This document shows positions 53,031-63,015 of a stretch of DNA of 64,000 nucleotides, one piece after another. The stretch comes from Candidatus Nanoarchaeia archaeon. Its GTDB lineage: Archaea > Nanobdellota > Nanobdellia > Woesearchaeales > JANQNE01. Location: assembly GCA_028279725.1 (NCBI GenBank), contig JANQNE010000012.1, positions 71,348 through 135,347 of the forward strand. Reading direction: 5' to 3'. Both the position numbers and the translations under genes were made by a program. The notes below the pieces were generated by a model, which did no database searches, was not told the origin of the DNA, and worked only from the letters and a program-made list of their open reading frames with translations. Each line of letters starts with the position of its first letter. Positions within the stretch are counted from its first letter, which is position 1.

Positions 53031-53297
53031 TTATCTCTTCTTCTTTTTCTTAGCTTTTTTCTTCCTTCCTCCTCTTGCCATCTTAGCACAGGAGATATCT
53101 CCTTTCTTGTCTATGAAGTACAGGAAGCCTTTCTTTTTCTTGATACCAACTTTAGCTACGACCTTGATCTTTGCTTTTCCTTTCTTCTTTCCGCCGCCTC
53201 TTGACATCTTAGCGCAAGCAACGTTTCCTTTCTTATCTACAAAATATAGAAATCCTTCTTCTTTTTCTACACCTACTTTTGCAACTTTTTCAGCCAT
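53031..53297 (-). CDS. Small lysine-rich protein built from two tandem ~40-aa repeats; a candidate nucleic-acid-binding protein
   Basis: VAKVGVEKEEGFLYFVDKKGNVACAKMSRGGGKKKGK and VAKVGIKKKKGFLYFIDKKGDISCAKMARGGRKKKAK, with a poly-K tail. Confidence 0.55.
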   Translation of the reverse strand: MAEKVAKVGVEKEEGFLYFVDKKGNVACAKMSRGGGKKKGKAKIKVVAKVGIKKKKGFLYFIDKKGDISCAKMARGGRKKKAKKKKKR

Positions 53298-53504
53298 TTT
53301 GCTTAACCCCCTCTTTAGTTTTTATGTAAGAATAAGACATCATTTATCGTCTTACCTATGGTCGATAAAGGATAAGGTGGTATATAAACTTTTTGTTTCT
53401 TCTCCTCGGTGAACTCAAAATCTCTTGACGCAGATAGCACGCTCCGCTCGCTTATTTTTTAGATAATTCATCAGATTTATTTTTAACCTAAGTATGCCTC
53501 ATAG

Positions 53505-53520
53505 CTACGCTTGGTGCTAT
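53505..53520. promoter_or_regulatory. 16-nt motif CTACGCTTGGTGCTAT (copy 2) upstream of the TATA-like box of the U32 peptidase gene
   Basis: Identical to 39159..39174. Followed by ctGCAATCACAATGTTTTTATAG and then an ATG 23 nt further on. Confidence 0.45.
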
Positions 53521-53564
53521 CTGCAATCACAATGTTTTTATAGAGATTGAGGTTGACAGCTGAT

Positions 53565-54776
53565 ATGAAAAAAGTAGAACTTATGAGTCCTGCAGGAGAC
53601 TGGGCATCTTTGAGAGCAGCTATTGATTCAGGAGCTGATGCAGTCTATCTTGGAATTAAAGGAATAAATATGAGGGCTGCTGCAAAGAATTTTGTTCTTG
53701 AAGATCTTAAAGAGATAGTTAAGATATGCCATGCTGATAAGGTTAAGGTTTATCTGACCTTGAATACTATAATATATGAGAAAGAACTTTCTGATATTAA
53801 GAAAATACTGAAAGAATGTAAGAAGGAAAAGGTTGATGCTGTTATCGCCTGGGATTTTTCTGTTATTTCAGAATGCAAGAAGATGAAGATCCCTGTTATT
53901 GTCAGTACACAGGCGTCTGTGTCAAATTCTGAGAGTGCAAAATATTTCAAGAAGCTAGGAGCTAAAAGGATCACTTTGGCAAGAGAATGCAGTCTTGCTG
54001 ATGTTAAAGAGATAAAGAAGAAAGCTAAGGTTGAGATTGAAGTTTTTGTGCATGGAGCTATGTGTGTAAGTGTTTCTGGAAGATGTTTCTTATCACAGGA
54101 AATGTTTGGGAAGTCTGCAAACAGGGGAGAATGTATTCAGCCGTGCAGAAGAGAATATATGGTCGAGGAAATTGAGGAAAGGAGAAAGTTAAAAGTTGGA
54201 AATCATTATGTTCTTTCTCCTAAAGACCTTTGCTGCCTGCCTTTTGTCGATGAGTTGATTGATGCTGGAGTTGATGGATTTAAGATAGAGGGAAGGAATA
54301 GAAGCCCTGAATATGTGAAAGTTGTTACATCCTGTTATAGGGAAGCTGTTGATGCTTGTTATGATGGAAGTTTTGATGAGAAGCTGAAGAAAAGACTAGT
54401 TGAGAAACTGAAGAAAGTATATAATAGAGGATTCAGCTCTGGTTTTTATTTCGGGATGCCTACTAAAAAAGATTTTACAGATGCTTATGGAAGCAAAGCT
54501 ACAACAAGAAAAGAGTATGTAGGCTATATCAAGAATTTTTATGGGAAGATAGGTGTTGCTGAGATTGTTATTGAGAGTTGTGGATTAGAGGTTGGAGATA
54601 ATATATTAGTTATAGGAAATGCCACTGGTGTTTTTGAGAACAAAGTTGATTCTATAGAAGTTGATCATAAGAAAATCAGGAAAGCTGGGAAGAAAAAAAG
54701 GGTTGCATTAAAGTTAAGCAAGAAAGCCAGAATAAATGATAAAGTGTATAAAATAAAAATGCCACAGAAACGTTAA
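53565..54776 (+). CDS. Peptidase U32-family protein
   Basis: VELMSPAGDWASLRAAIDSGADAVYLG and the Cys-rich central region are typical of U32. The start is ATG 53565; the ORF-track start at 53547 is a TTG. Confidence 0.75.
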   Translation: MKKVELMSPAGDWASLRAAIDSGADAVYLGIKGINMRAAAKNFVLEDLKEIVKICHADKVKVYLTLNTIIYEKELSDIKKILKECKKEKVDAVIAWDFSVISECKKMKIPVIVSTQASVSNSESAKYFKKLGAKRITLARECSLADVKEIKKKAKVEIEVFVHGAMCVSVSGRCFLSQEMFGKSANRGECIQPCRREYMVEEIEERRKLKVGNHYVLSPKDLCCLPFVDELIDAGVDGFKIEGRNRSPEYVKVVTSCYREAVDACYDGSFDEKLKKRLVEKLKKVYNRGFSSGFYFGMPTKKDFTDAYGSKATTRKEYVGYIKNFYGKIGVAEIVIESCGLEVGDNILVIGNATGVFENKVDSIEVDHKKIRKAGKKKRVALKLSKKARINDKVYKIKMPQKR

Positions 54777-55392
54777 GTTTCTGCGGAAAAGAAAGGCCCA
54801 AAGCTCGGAGGAGTATGATTAATTGAACATATCATAATCTAAAAGATCATCGTTGTCAAAATCATCTTCGAAAACCTTTTCCCTTATAACCTCAATTCTA
54901 GCGTTTCCTTTATTGAAGACAAAACGCTCCCACTCAAGGTTAGGATCCATAACACCACCCCACATTTTTTTACGATGCTTCGTAAATGTACCACTTTTTT
55001 ATATCAAAAGGATCAAACAATTCTTCTGGAATAATAGCTTCACCCTCATCAACAGATACATACAGCCTGTTTTTTGAGTTGTCTTCTAAAATCATATCTA
55101 TTACCAAATCTTTCATCATCCCAGCCCCCACTGATTGTTTTATATAATTTTATCTAAAACTATAATTAAATTGGTTTTGTTATATAAATAAGTATTTAGT
55201 GGAATATACGTTTTTGCCTAAAAATAATGATGTTTTTTTCTTCTTATCTGGTTTCTAAATTGATATTTAGCAGTTTTAATTTATATAAATTCTATAAAGT
55301 GCGGTATAATTGTCATTATGGGGTAATTCGAGGCTTATTTTGTGGTTTATTTTGATTTTTTTGTGTAATTTACCGCAAAACTTATATAATAA

Positions 55393-56841
55393 ATGCTCCA
55401 TTTACTGATTAAAATGATTAATTTATCAGGAAGGATTATAGAATCTGAAGAAATTGAGAAAGTAAAAATAGATAAGAAAGATAGGAAGATATTGGCCCTA
55501 TTATCTGAAAACAGCAGAGTAGCTCTTTCTGAGATAGCTAAAAAGGTTAAATTATCAAGGGATGCTGTTGACTATAGGATAAGAAGACTGCAGAACAAAA
55601 GGGTGTTGTTGAAGGCAATCCCTGTTATAACTTTGAAGAAATTTGGCTATTATCAGTTCCATACTTTTATGCTTCTTGATGAATCAGAGCCAGAAAAGAA
55701 GAAGAAATTGGTTAATGAGCTGAAAAGACATCCAAGTGTAAGAAATATAATGGAATATAGTGATAGATGGGATCTTGAAGTTGTATTTTTAGCTAAGTCT
55801 GTAAAGGAATTTGATGATATGTTAACAGATCTTATAAGCAAATATCCAAGACTGATAAAAGACAAAACAACTGTTGAAGTTATAAGCAATTATAAGACAT
55901 TATATATGCCTCATTCTTTGTATGAAGAGGTTGAGCCTAGTGTAAAGGAGCAGATAAGTGATGAAGAAGTTGAGGTTGATGAGAAGGATATACACATCAT
56001 AAATATATTATCACAAGACGGAAGGCAGTCAACATATAAGATAGCTGAGAAAGTTGACCTTAGTCCTGATGCTGTGAGTTACAGGATAAAGAAATTAATT
56101 GAGAAGAAGGTTATCAACAAGTTCAGTACAATAATTAATCTGAGCAAGATAGGGCAGCATTGGTTTACTGTTGCAGTGAATTTTACAGCTATGGACAAGA
56201 AGATAGAGATGAAGTTTAAGGAGTTTGTCTCAAATAATAAGAATGTTATCAGAGCTGTGAAAGTACACGGACAGTGGGATGTGCTGCTTTATGTTGTTTG
56301 TGACGGAGCTGTAAGCTTCCATTCAACAATAAGGGAGATAAAGAGAGAGTTTGCTGATGTTATAAAGAATTATGAGACATGGGTTGCTTACAGAGAACAT
56401 GTTTATACTTGCTTTCCAAGAGTTCTTCGTGCTACTGAAAATATAACAAAAGTTTTGGTGTTTGGAACTTTTGATATTTTGCATCCAGGACATATTAAAT
56501 TATTCAGGGAAGCTAAGAAGTATGGAGATTATCTTACAGTTGTTGTTGCAAGAGACAAGACTGTGAAGGAAGTTAAAGATAGGGAGCCAAAGTACACTGA
56601 AGATGAAAGATTAGCTCATGTGAGTGAGATGAATGTTGTGGATCAGGCAATATTGGGAAGTGAGTATGACAAGTATGATGTTATCGAAGAAGTTAATCCT
56701 GATTTTATATGTTTAGGATATGATCAGAAGGATTTTACCTCTGATCTTGAAGATGAGATAAAGAAAAGAGGGTTAGATGTCAAGATCGTGAGGTTAAAGC
56801 CGTATAAAGAAGATAAGTTTAAGAGCAGCAAGCTAAAGTAG
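55393..56841 (+). CDS. Fusion protein: two tandem Lrp/AsnC-type modules (HTH plus RAM) joined to a C-terminal cytidylyltransferase-like (HxGH) nucleotidyltransferase domain (RibL/TagD-like)
   Basis: HTH1 DRKILALLSENSRVALSEIAKKVKLSRDAVDYRIRRL; HTH2 DIHIINILSQDGRQSTYKIAEKVDLSPDAVSYRIKKL; C-terminal KVLVFGTFDILHPGHIKLFREAKKYGDYLTVVV. Confidence 0.65.
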   Translation: MLHLLIKMINLSGRIIESEEIEKVKIDKKDRKILALLSENSRVALSEIAKKVKLSRDAVDYRIRRLQNKRVLLKAIPVITLKKFGYYQFHTFMLLDESEPEKKKKLVNELKRHPSVRNIMEYSDRWDLEVVFLAKSVKEFDDMLTDLISKYPRLIKDKTTVEVISNYKTLYMPHSLYEEVEPSVKEQISDEEVEVDEKDIHIINILSQDGRQSTYKIAEKVDLSPDAVSYRIKKLIEKKVINKFSTIINLSKIGQHWFTVAVNFTAMDKKIEMKFKEFVSNNKNVIRAVKVHGQWDVLLYVVCDGAVSFHSTIREIKREFADVIKNYETWVAYREHVYTCFPRVLRATENITKVLVFGTFDILHPGHIKLFREAKKYGDYLTVVVARDKTVKEVKDREPKYTEDERLAHVSEMNVVDQAILGSEYDKYDVIEEVNPDFICLGYDQKDFTSDLEDEIKKRGLDVKIVRLKPYKEDKFKSSKLK

Positions 56842-57720
56842 GACTGATTCTAGAATGTTTTTACTGTTGTTTATTTCTTCTTTAGTCCATGCTTTCCCTT
56901 CAATGACGAATAAGCGATCTTTCAGTCTTTTTGGGATGTTGCTTACTAGTTCTTTGTTTGGCAATGGGAGATGGTTGTCCCAATCTCCTTCATTATAATG
57001 TATATGGAACTGGAAAATATGATCTTTCATCTTTTCTAATGCTTCTTTTAGATTGAAGTTTAGTTTGTTTGATGCGATGTTTAGATGGCCTAAGTCAAGA
57101 AGAAATCCTGCATTCTTTTTCCCTATAGCTTTATGGAGTTTTAGAAGATCTTCTGGTCTTGAGAAGTACATCTCTCTGTCCATTGATGAATGATTTTCAA
57201 AAGCTATCTTTAACCCATAGCTGTCTGCATATTCGGCTAGTTCGATTATTGAGTTTTTTGTGTTATTGAATATAGTTTCGTTGCTGCTCTTTTTTCCTTC
57301 TTTTGGCATTGCCATATGATCAACTTCACATTCATAACCTGTGTGAATCGAGTACATGAGAGCATCTATCTTTCTGCAGAACTCTAATGAATTTTTTGAG
57401 AAGCTGATGTATTTTTTCAAGAGTTCTGGGTCGTCTGAGCCGAAGTTAAGCATCATCGGTGGTGTTGAAGGTGGAAAGAATGCGTGCACTGTGAAATTTG
57501 TGTTGTTTTCTTTCTTGAACTGGATTATCTTGTTTAGATCACCTACTGGCTTGTGGAAAGCTCCTATCTCTATGTTGTTTATGTTAATATCTTTGAAGAA
57601 ATCTAATGCTTTGTGGATATCTCTCTGTCCTGAAGATGATGTAGATACTAATATCATGTGTTTACGGATTTCAACTTGATATATAAGTTTTTGTATTGAT
57701 AAGCGATTACTGCAGAACAA
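56833..57720 (-). CDS. Sugar-phosphate isomerase/epimerase-like TIM-barrel protein (xylose-isomerase-like fold)
   Basis: KIAFENH and FLLDLGHLNIAS patterns, and an appropriate size. Confidence 0.4.
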   Translation of the reverse strand: MFCSNRLSIQKLIYQVEIRKHMILVSTSSSGQRDIHKALDFFKDININNIEIGAFHKPVGDLNKIIQFKKENNTNFTVHAFFPPSTPPMMLNFGSDDPELLKKYISFSKNSLEFCRKIDALMYSIHTGYECEVDHMAMPKEGKKSSNETIFNNTKNSIIELAEYADSYGLKIAFENHSSMDREMYFSRPEDLLKLHKAIGKKNAGFLLDLGHLNIASNKLNFNLKEALEKMKDHIFQFHIHYNEGDWDNHLPLPNKELVSNIPKRLKDRLFVIEGKAWTKEEINNSKNILESVLL

Positions 57721-57767
57721 TAAAGCTTAAAAATGGAATGGGATTCTGTTTTTAGTGTAGAAACTTG

Positions 57768-57887
57768 ATGGTTGAAGTGATTAAGAACGGTTGTCCTCTC
57801 TGTGGAGGAGAGGTCAAAGGAAACAAGAAAGTAAAATACTATTGTAAGCACTGTCATATGCTGTTTACAAGAGTGAGTAGAAAATGA
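57768..57887 (+). CDS. Zinc-ribbon mini-protein (39 aa) translationally coupled (ATGA) to nadM
   Basis: MVEVIKNGCPLCGGEVKGNKKVKYYCKHCHMLFTRVSRK, found by hand translation. Confidence 0.4.
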   Translation: MVEVIKNGCPLCGGEVKGNKKVKYYCKHCHMLFTRVSRK

Positions 57888-58381
57888 AGACTGCACTTTT
57901 TGTCGGAAGATTTCAACCGATGCATAATGCGCATCTTGAAGTTATTAAAAGAGTTATTTCTGAAGGTTATAGGCTTATTGTTGGAATTGGCAGAGCTCAG
58001 GAAAGCAGGACTTCCCTGAATCCATTTACAGCTGAAGAAAGGGAGGAGATGGTCAGAGGTGTTTTAGAGTCTGAAGGAATTAAAGAGTATAGGTTGATTG
58101 CAATCCCTGACAAGAAGGAGGATGAAGACTGGATGGATCATGTAGGGCATATCTGTCCTGATTTTGATGTTGTTTTTTCTGGCAATCCTGACACTAAGAA
58201 ATGTTTTTCTGGGAGCAAGTATGAAGTTGTTGATGTTGAATTAAAAGAAGGTATAAGTTCTTCTGAAGTTCGTAGAAGGATTGCTTTGAAAGAAGACTTT
58301 AAGTCGTTGGTTCATCCTTTTGTGTATGATTATATTGAAAAGTTTGGTGTTGGTCGGTTGATGAAGATCATAAGTGAATAA
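57884..58381 (+). CDS. nadM: Nicotinamide-nucleotide adenylyltransferase, archaeal type
   Basis: LFVGRFQPMHNAHLEV (the GRFQPxHxxH motif) and a size of about 165 aa. Confidence 0.8.
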   Translation: MKTALFVGRFQPMHNAHLEVIKRVISEGYRLIVGIGRAQESRTSLNPFTAEEREEMVRGVLESEGIKEYRLIAIPDKKEDEDWMDHVGHICPDFDVVFSGNPDTKKCFSGSKYEVVDVELKEGISSSEVRRRIALKEDFKSLVHPFVYDYIEKFGVGRLMKIISE

Positions 58382-58417
58382 GATTCACTTAGGTTTGTAA
58401 AACCAAGATTTCACAAA

Positions 58418-59524
58418 CTATTCAAGAATCCGTTTAAAGAAAGATTTCTTTGTTTTTATGTCTTTGTCGAATTGTTTTATGAGTTCTTTCTGTTTTTTTG
58501 TGAGCTTTTCCGGAGTTTGTACAATAACTTTAACGAATTCAGAGCCTTTTCCGTATCCATGCAATGAAGGGATGCCTTTATTTTTCATCCTGAATAATGT
58601 GTCTGTCTGAGTTCCTGCTGGGATCTTTAGTTTTGCTGTTCCTTTTAGAGTTGGAACTTCTATCTCATCTCCTAAGCAAGCCTGTGCAAATGAGATTGGG
58701 ATGCTGATGTAGATGTCATTGCCATCTCTTTCGAATGTGTCATGCTCCTGTACATGAATTACTACATATAGATCTCCTGAAGGTGCTCCTTTGTATCCTG
58801 CTTCACCTTCTCCTTTTACTCTTAGTTTTGTTCCTGTTTCAACTCCAGCTGGAATTTCTATCTCTATTTTTTGATTTTTTTGTATACGTCCTTCTCCATC
58901 ACATACTGGACAAGGATTTTTTATTGTTTTTCCTTCTCCACGGCATCTTGAGCATGTAGTTGACTGCTGGAATATTCCAAATGGTGTTCTTCTTGTTGTC
59001 TTCTCTACTCCTGAACCATTGCAGGTGTCGCATGTCTTAATATCTGAAGCTGACTGAGCTCCTGAACCATCACATTTTGTACATGTTGCCATCCTTGGAA
59101 TTACTATGTGTTTTTTATCTCCTTCAGCTGCTTCTTCTAATGTAATTTCCAGATCATATCTTAGATCATGGCCTCTTTTCTGTCTTGATCTTCTTCTCTG
59201 ACCACCTCCAAAGAACTGGTCAAAGATATCTCCCATGTCAAAGCTTCCTCCGCTCATAAAATCTGAGAAATCAAATCCTGCTCCGCCTTGTCCGCCAAAG
59301 CCTCCACTCATATCAGCTGTTCCAAACTGATCATAGTTTGCTCTTTTCTGGTCATCTCCTAAGACAGCGGCAGCTTCGCTTACTTCTTTGAACTTTTCAG
59401 CTGCACCATCTTCCTTGCTTATATCTGGATGGTATTTTTTAGCTAATCTCTTGTAAGCTCTTTTGATATCTTCTTTAGATGCGTCTTTGCTTACTCCTAG
59501 TATTTCATAGTAGTCTTTTGCCAT
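58418..59524 (-). CDS. dnaJ: Chaperone DnaJ (Hsp40)
   Basis: J-domain DYYEILGV...YHPD, a G/F-rich region, and four CxxCxGxG zinc-finger repeats. Confidence 0.9.
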   Translation of the reverse strand: MAKDYYEILGVSKDASKEDIKRAYKRLAKKYHPDISKEDGAAEKFKEVSEAAAVLGDDQKRANYDQFGTADMSGGFGGQGGAGFDFSDFMSGGSFDMGDIFDQFFGGGQRRRSRQKRGHDLRYDLEITLEEAAEGDKKHIVIPRMATCTKCDGSGAQSASDIKTCDTCNGSGVEKTTRRTPFGIFQQSTTCSRCRGEGKTIKNPCPVCDGEGRIQKNQKIEIEIPAGVETGTKLRVKGEGEAGYKGAPSGDLYVVIHVQEHDTFERDGNDIYISIPISFAQACLGDEIEVPTLKGTAKLKIPAGTQTDTLFRMKNKGIPSLHGYGKGSEFVKVIVQTPEKLTKKQKELIKQFDKDIKTKKSFFKRILE

Positions 59525-59525
59525 T

Positions 59526-60218
59526 TTAGTTAGTTGTGTGTCTTCTTGCTATTGCAATAGGTGTTCTTAGTATTGTGTACAAATCTGTGAGGAATGCGTT
59601 ACCATTCTGATATCTTCTTACATATAGTTTATCATAAGACCGGTCATACTTGATCTTTCCTCTTTTTGCTATATTTACCTGAGATAATCCTGTAATCCCT
59701 GGAGGACATGATATCTTTTCCTGGCCATAGTTAAGAGCTTCGAAATAGCCTTTTGTAGTAGGTCTTGGACCTACGATGCTCATATCTCCCTTAAGGACGT
59801 TTAGTAGTTGAGGAAGCTCGTCTATCTTTGTTCTTCTTAGGAATTTTCCCACTCTTGTAGCTCTTGAATCTGTGATTCCATCTAACTTTTCCTGGAAAAG
59901 ATGCCTGTATGAATCTAGAGTGTAATCATTGTGGTAGTCTGTCCTTTTCAGAGTTCTCATCTTGTATAATGTGAACTCTTTTCCTCCTTCACCTAATCTT
60001 TTTTCTCTGTATATTGCAGGTCCTTTTGAGTCTAATTTTATAGCTGCCAGGGAGAGAGCAATTAAAGGGGATGTTGCTATCAGTCCTACTGTTGCTAAAG
60101 GAATATCAATTGCATATCTTTTCAGAAATCTGTCTACTTTTATCTTTAGAGCTTTGTTGGATTCTATCTTTTCCATGCTTCTTGCTACTTCTGCATCTAA
60201 AGTGATTCCGTTTCCCAT
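59526..60218 (-). CDS. Monotopic phosphoglycosyl transferase (bacterial sugar transferase family, PglC/WbaP-C-like)
   Basis: One N-terminal helix, then KGPAIYREKRLGEGGKEFTLYKMRTL, then DELPQLLNVLKGDMSIVGPRP. Confidence 0.7.
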   Translation of the reverse strand: MGNGITLDAEVARSMEKIESNKALKIKVDRFLKRYAIDIPLATVGLIATSPLIALSLAAIKLDSKGPAIYREKRLGEGGKEFTLYKMRTLKRTDYHNDYTLDSYRHLFQEKLDGITDSRATRVGKFLRRTKIDELPQLLNVLKGDMSIVGPRPTTKGYFEALNYGQEKISCPPGITGLSQVNIAKRGKIKYDRSYDKLYVRRYQNGNAFLTDLYTILRTPIAIARRHTTN

Positions 60219-60276
60219 GTTACCTCTTGTTTTAAGTTAGTTTTTAAAAGTATCTAAAAAATAAAAAAACAGGAGA

Positions 60277-62130
60277 TTACTTCTTTTCTCCTTCTTCTTT
60301 GAAGTTTGCGTCAACAACTTTCTCGTCTTTCTTGCCTTTTTCTTCTTTTGGCGCTTCTGCTTTCTGCTTCTCTGCTGCTGCTTTTTGGTAAAGCTCTGTT
60401 GCTGCTTCCTGTGCGATCTTGTTGATCTCTTCGACTTTCTTTTTTATCGCTTCTATGTCTTTCTTTTCAGGCTTCATCAATTCTTTAAGTCCATCGATCA
60501 TCTTCTTTAGAGGATCTAGCTTAGCCTTGTCAACTTTTCCTTCCATCTCTTTCATGGTCTTTTCTGTAGAGTAGATCAAAGTGTCAGCCTGGTTGATTGT
60601 CTCTGCTTCTTCTTTTCTCTTGTTGTCTTCGTCTGCATGTGCTTCTGCATCTTTCTTCATCTTTTCTATGTCTTCATCTGAAAGTTTCTGGTTTGCTGTG
60701 ATCCTTATGGACTGTTCTTTGTTTGTTCCAAGATCTTTTGCAGTTACATGGACGATTCCGTTTGCATCGATATCAAAAGTTACCTCAATCTGAGGAACTC
60801 CTCTTGGTGCTGGCGGAATTCCAACTAAGTCGAATCTTCCTAAGCTTGTGTTGTCAGATGACATCGGCCTTTCTCCCTGCAGTACATTGATAGTTACTGC
60901 TGGCTGATTGTCTGCAGCTGTTGAAAAGATCTGTGATTTCTTTGTAGGAACTGTGGTGTTTCTTTCGATCAGAGGTGTTCTCACTCCCCCTAATGTCTCG
61001 ATTCCTAATGTTAATGGTGTTACGTCTAGTAAAAGTACATCTTTTACATCTCCTGCAAGAACTCCTGCCTGGATAGCTGCTCCCATAGCAACACATTCCA
61101 TAGGATCTATTCCACGCTCTACTTTCTTTCCTACAATATCTTCTACAAACTTCTGGACAATCGGCATCCTTGTAGGCCCTCCTACCAAGATTATCTTGTC
61201 TATGTCGTTTGGTGTCAGTTTTGCATCACTTAGAGCTTTTTCTAAAGGATGTTTACATTTCTTTACAATGTCATCAACTAGCTGCTCTAGTTTTGCTCTT
61301 GTCAGTTTGTATTGGAAATGTTTTGGTCCTTGGTCATTTGCTGTAATAAATGGCAAGTTAATCTCTGATTCAAGAACTGTTGAAAGTTCTATCTTTGCTT
61401 TTTCAGCAGCTTCTCTTAATCTCTGCATAGCTGTTGCATCATTGCTTAGATCAATCCCTTCTGCATTCTTGAATTCTTCAACAAGGAAGTCAACTATAAC
61501 GTTGTCCATGTCAGTTCCACCTAGTTGAGTGTCTCCTGATGTGGATTTAACCTCGAAGACTCCATCTCCAAAATCCATTATTGTAACGTCTAAAGTTCCT
61601 CCTCCTAGGTCGAATACGAGGATCTTCTGTTCTTTTCCTTTTTTGTCCAGACCATAAGCTAAAGATGCTGCTGTTGGTTCGTTTACAATCCTTATTACTT
61701 CTAATCCAGCGATAGAACCTGCGTCTTTTGTAGCCTGTCTTTGGTTGTCATCAAAATATGCGGGAACAGTGATTACTGCTTTCTCTACCTTATCCCCTAA
61801 GAAAGATTCTGCGTCTTTCTTTATCTTCTGCAGGATAAATGCAGATATCTGCTGCGGTGTGTATTCTTTTCCGTGTATATTGTATTTATGGGTTGTACCC
61901 ATCTTTCTTTTTGCTGCTGTAATTGTCCCTTCTGGATTTGAGACTGCTTGTCTTCTTGCTGGCTCTCCGACTAGCATCTGATGCTCTTTTGTAAAAGCGA
62001 CGAAACTAGGGAAAGCTTTTCCATACTGGGATGCTCCCTCAGCGCTTGGGATTATCTTTGGTTTTCCTGCTTCCAGAACAGCTGCTGCTGAGTTAGAAGT
62101 TCCTAGATCTATTCCGATTATTTTAGGCAT
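60277..62130 (-). CDS. dnaK: Chaperone DnaK (Hsp70)
   Basis: [36 protein letters not shown]. Confidence 0.95.
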   Translation of the reverse strand: MPKIIGIDLGTSNSAAAVLEAGKPKIIPSAEGASQYGKAFPSFVAFTKEHQMLVGEPARRQAVSNPEGTITAAKRKMGTTHKYNIHGKEYTPQQISAFILQKIKKDAESFLGDKVEKAVITVPAYFDDNQRQATKDAGSIAGLEVIRIVNEPTAASLAYGLDKKGKEQKILVFDLGGGTLDVTIMDFGDGVFEVKSTSGDTQLGGTDMDNVIVDFLVEEFKNAEGIDLSNDATAMQRLREAAEKAKIELSTVLESEINLPFITANDQGPKHFQYKLTRAKLEQLVDDIVKKCKHPLEKALSDAKLTPNDIDKIILVGGPTRMPIVQKFVEDIVGKKVERGIDPMECVAMGAAIQAGVLAGDVKDVLLLDVTPLTLGIETLGGVRTPLIERNTTVPTKKSQIFSTAADNQPAVTINVLQGERPMSSDNTSLGRFDLVGIPPAPRGVPQIEVTFDIDANGIVHVTAKDLGTNKEQSIRITANQKLSDEDIEKMKKDAEAHADEDNKRKEEAETINQADTLIYSTEKTMKEMEGKVDKAKLDPLKKMIDGLKELMKPEKKDIEAIKKKVEEINKIAQEAATELYQKAAAEKQKAEAPKEEKGKKDEKVVDANFKEEGEKK

Positions 62131-62446
62131 TTTTTTCTACCTCCTTCAATGCTTGTTTTCTTAATTCATCAACTCTTTCTTCTTTGAGGATCTTTTTTGG
62201 AGCTTTGTCTTTTGTAAGCTCTATGACCTCAAACAATTTTACAAGCTTGTTAAGCTTGAAATTATCAAAATCTCTGATGCAGCCCATAGCTTCATATAAA
62301 GCGAAGTCTGATGTAACTAGCTGTATCTCTGAGGATTTGCATAGTACTAGAGTTTCCAATTCATCGTTGTCTGTTATCAAGTATCTTAGTATCGCTTCTG
62401 GAGCAAGGAATGCTTTTCTTCTTAGTTCTGTATCTTCTATGTTCAT
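62123..62446 (-). CDS. Small hypothetical protein inserted between grpE and dnaK
   Basis: 107 aa; no motif. It overlaps the dnaK start by 8 nt. Confidence 0.4.
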   Translation of the reverse strand: MNIEDTELRRKAFLAPEAILRYLITDNDELETLVLCKSSEIQLVTSDFALYEAMGCIRDFDNFKLNKLVKLFEVIELTKDKAPKKILKEERVDELRKQALKEVEKNA

Positions 62447-62493
62447 TTTTTATCACCCATTAAAAATTTTCAATTTTTAGGGGTGCCAGAAAT

Positions 62494-63012
62494 CTATGAT
62501 TTCTCAGCACCTTTAGCTATCTTTACTTTAGTATGTCTAAGCACCTCTTCATTAAGTATGTATCCTGTCTGAAGTTCTTCTAATATTGTGTCTTCTGGCT
62601 GGTCTGATTTTTCTGTTAACAAAACTTCGTGTTTGTATGGATCAAACTTTTCTTTTAGAGCTTTTATTTTTCTCAGTCCTTCTTCTTCTAATGTTGTGAA
62701 GAATTGTGAGTAGATCAGTTCTAATCCTTTTTTTGCTCCGTCATCTTTTGTATTTTTTAATGCTAGTTCGAATGAGTCTAAGATTGGAAGCAGTTTAGTG
62801 ATTAATTTTGCTGTTGAGTATTTTCTGAAGTCTGCGCATTCTTTGTCTGTCCTTTTTTTGTAGTTTTCGAACTCTGCCTGCAGACGCTGAAGTGTGTCTG
62901 TAAGTTGTTCTATCTCTCTACGTTTATAGATTTCCTCATTTGTCTTTCCCTCAGATTTCTCTTTTATCATCTTTTCCTGTTCCACTGTTGTTGGATGTTT
63001 TTTTGTCATCAA
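62494..63012 (-). CDS. grpE: Nucleotide exchange factor GrpE
   Basis: Coiled-coil N-terminus (LQRLQAEFENYKKRTDKE) and a C-terminal beta-domain. Confidence 0.8.
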   Translation of the reverse strand: MMTKKHPTTVEQEKMIKEKSEGKTNEEIYKRREIEQLTDTLQRLQAEFENYKKRTDKECADFRKYSTAKLITKLLPILDSFELALKNTKDDGAKKGLELIYSQFFTTLEEEGLRKIKALKEKFDPYKHEVLLTEKSDQPEDTILEELQTGYILNEEVLRHTKVKIAKGAEKS

Positions 63013-63015
63013 TGA

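Noticed and set aside
54853-55077. The 74-aa plus-strand ORF downstream of the U32 gene
   Set aside because: Its composition is antisense-like. The minus strand carries two more plausible small ORFs (see the low-interest finding), and neither is strongly supported.
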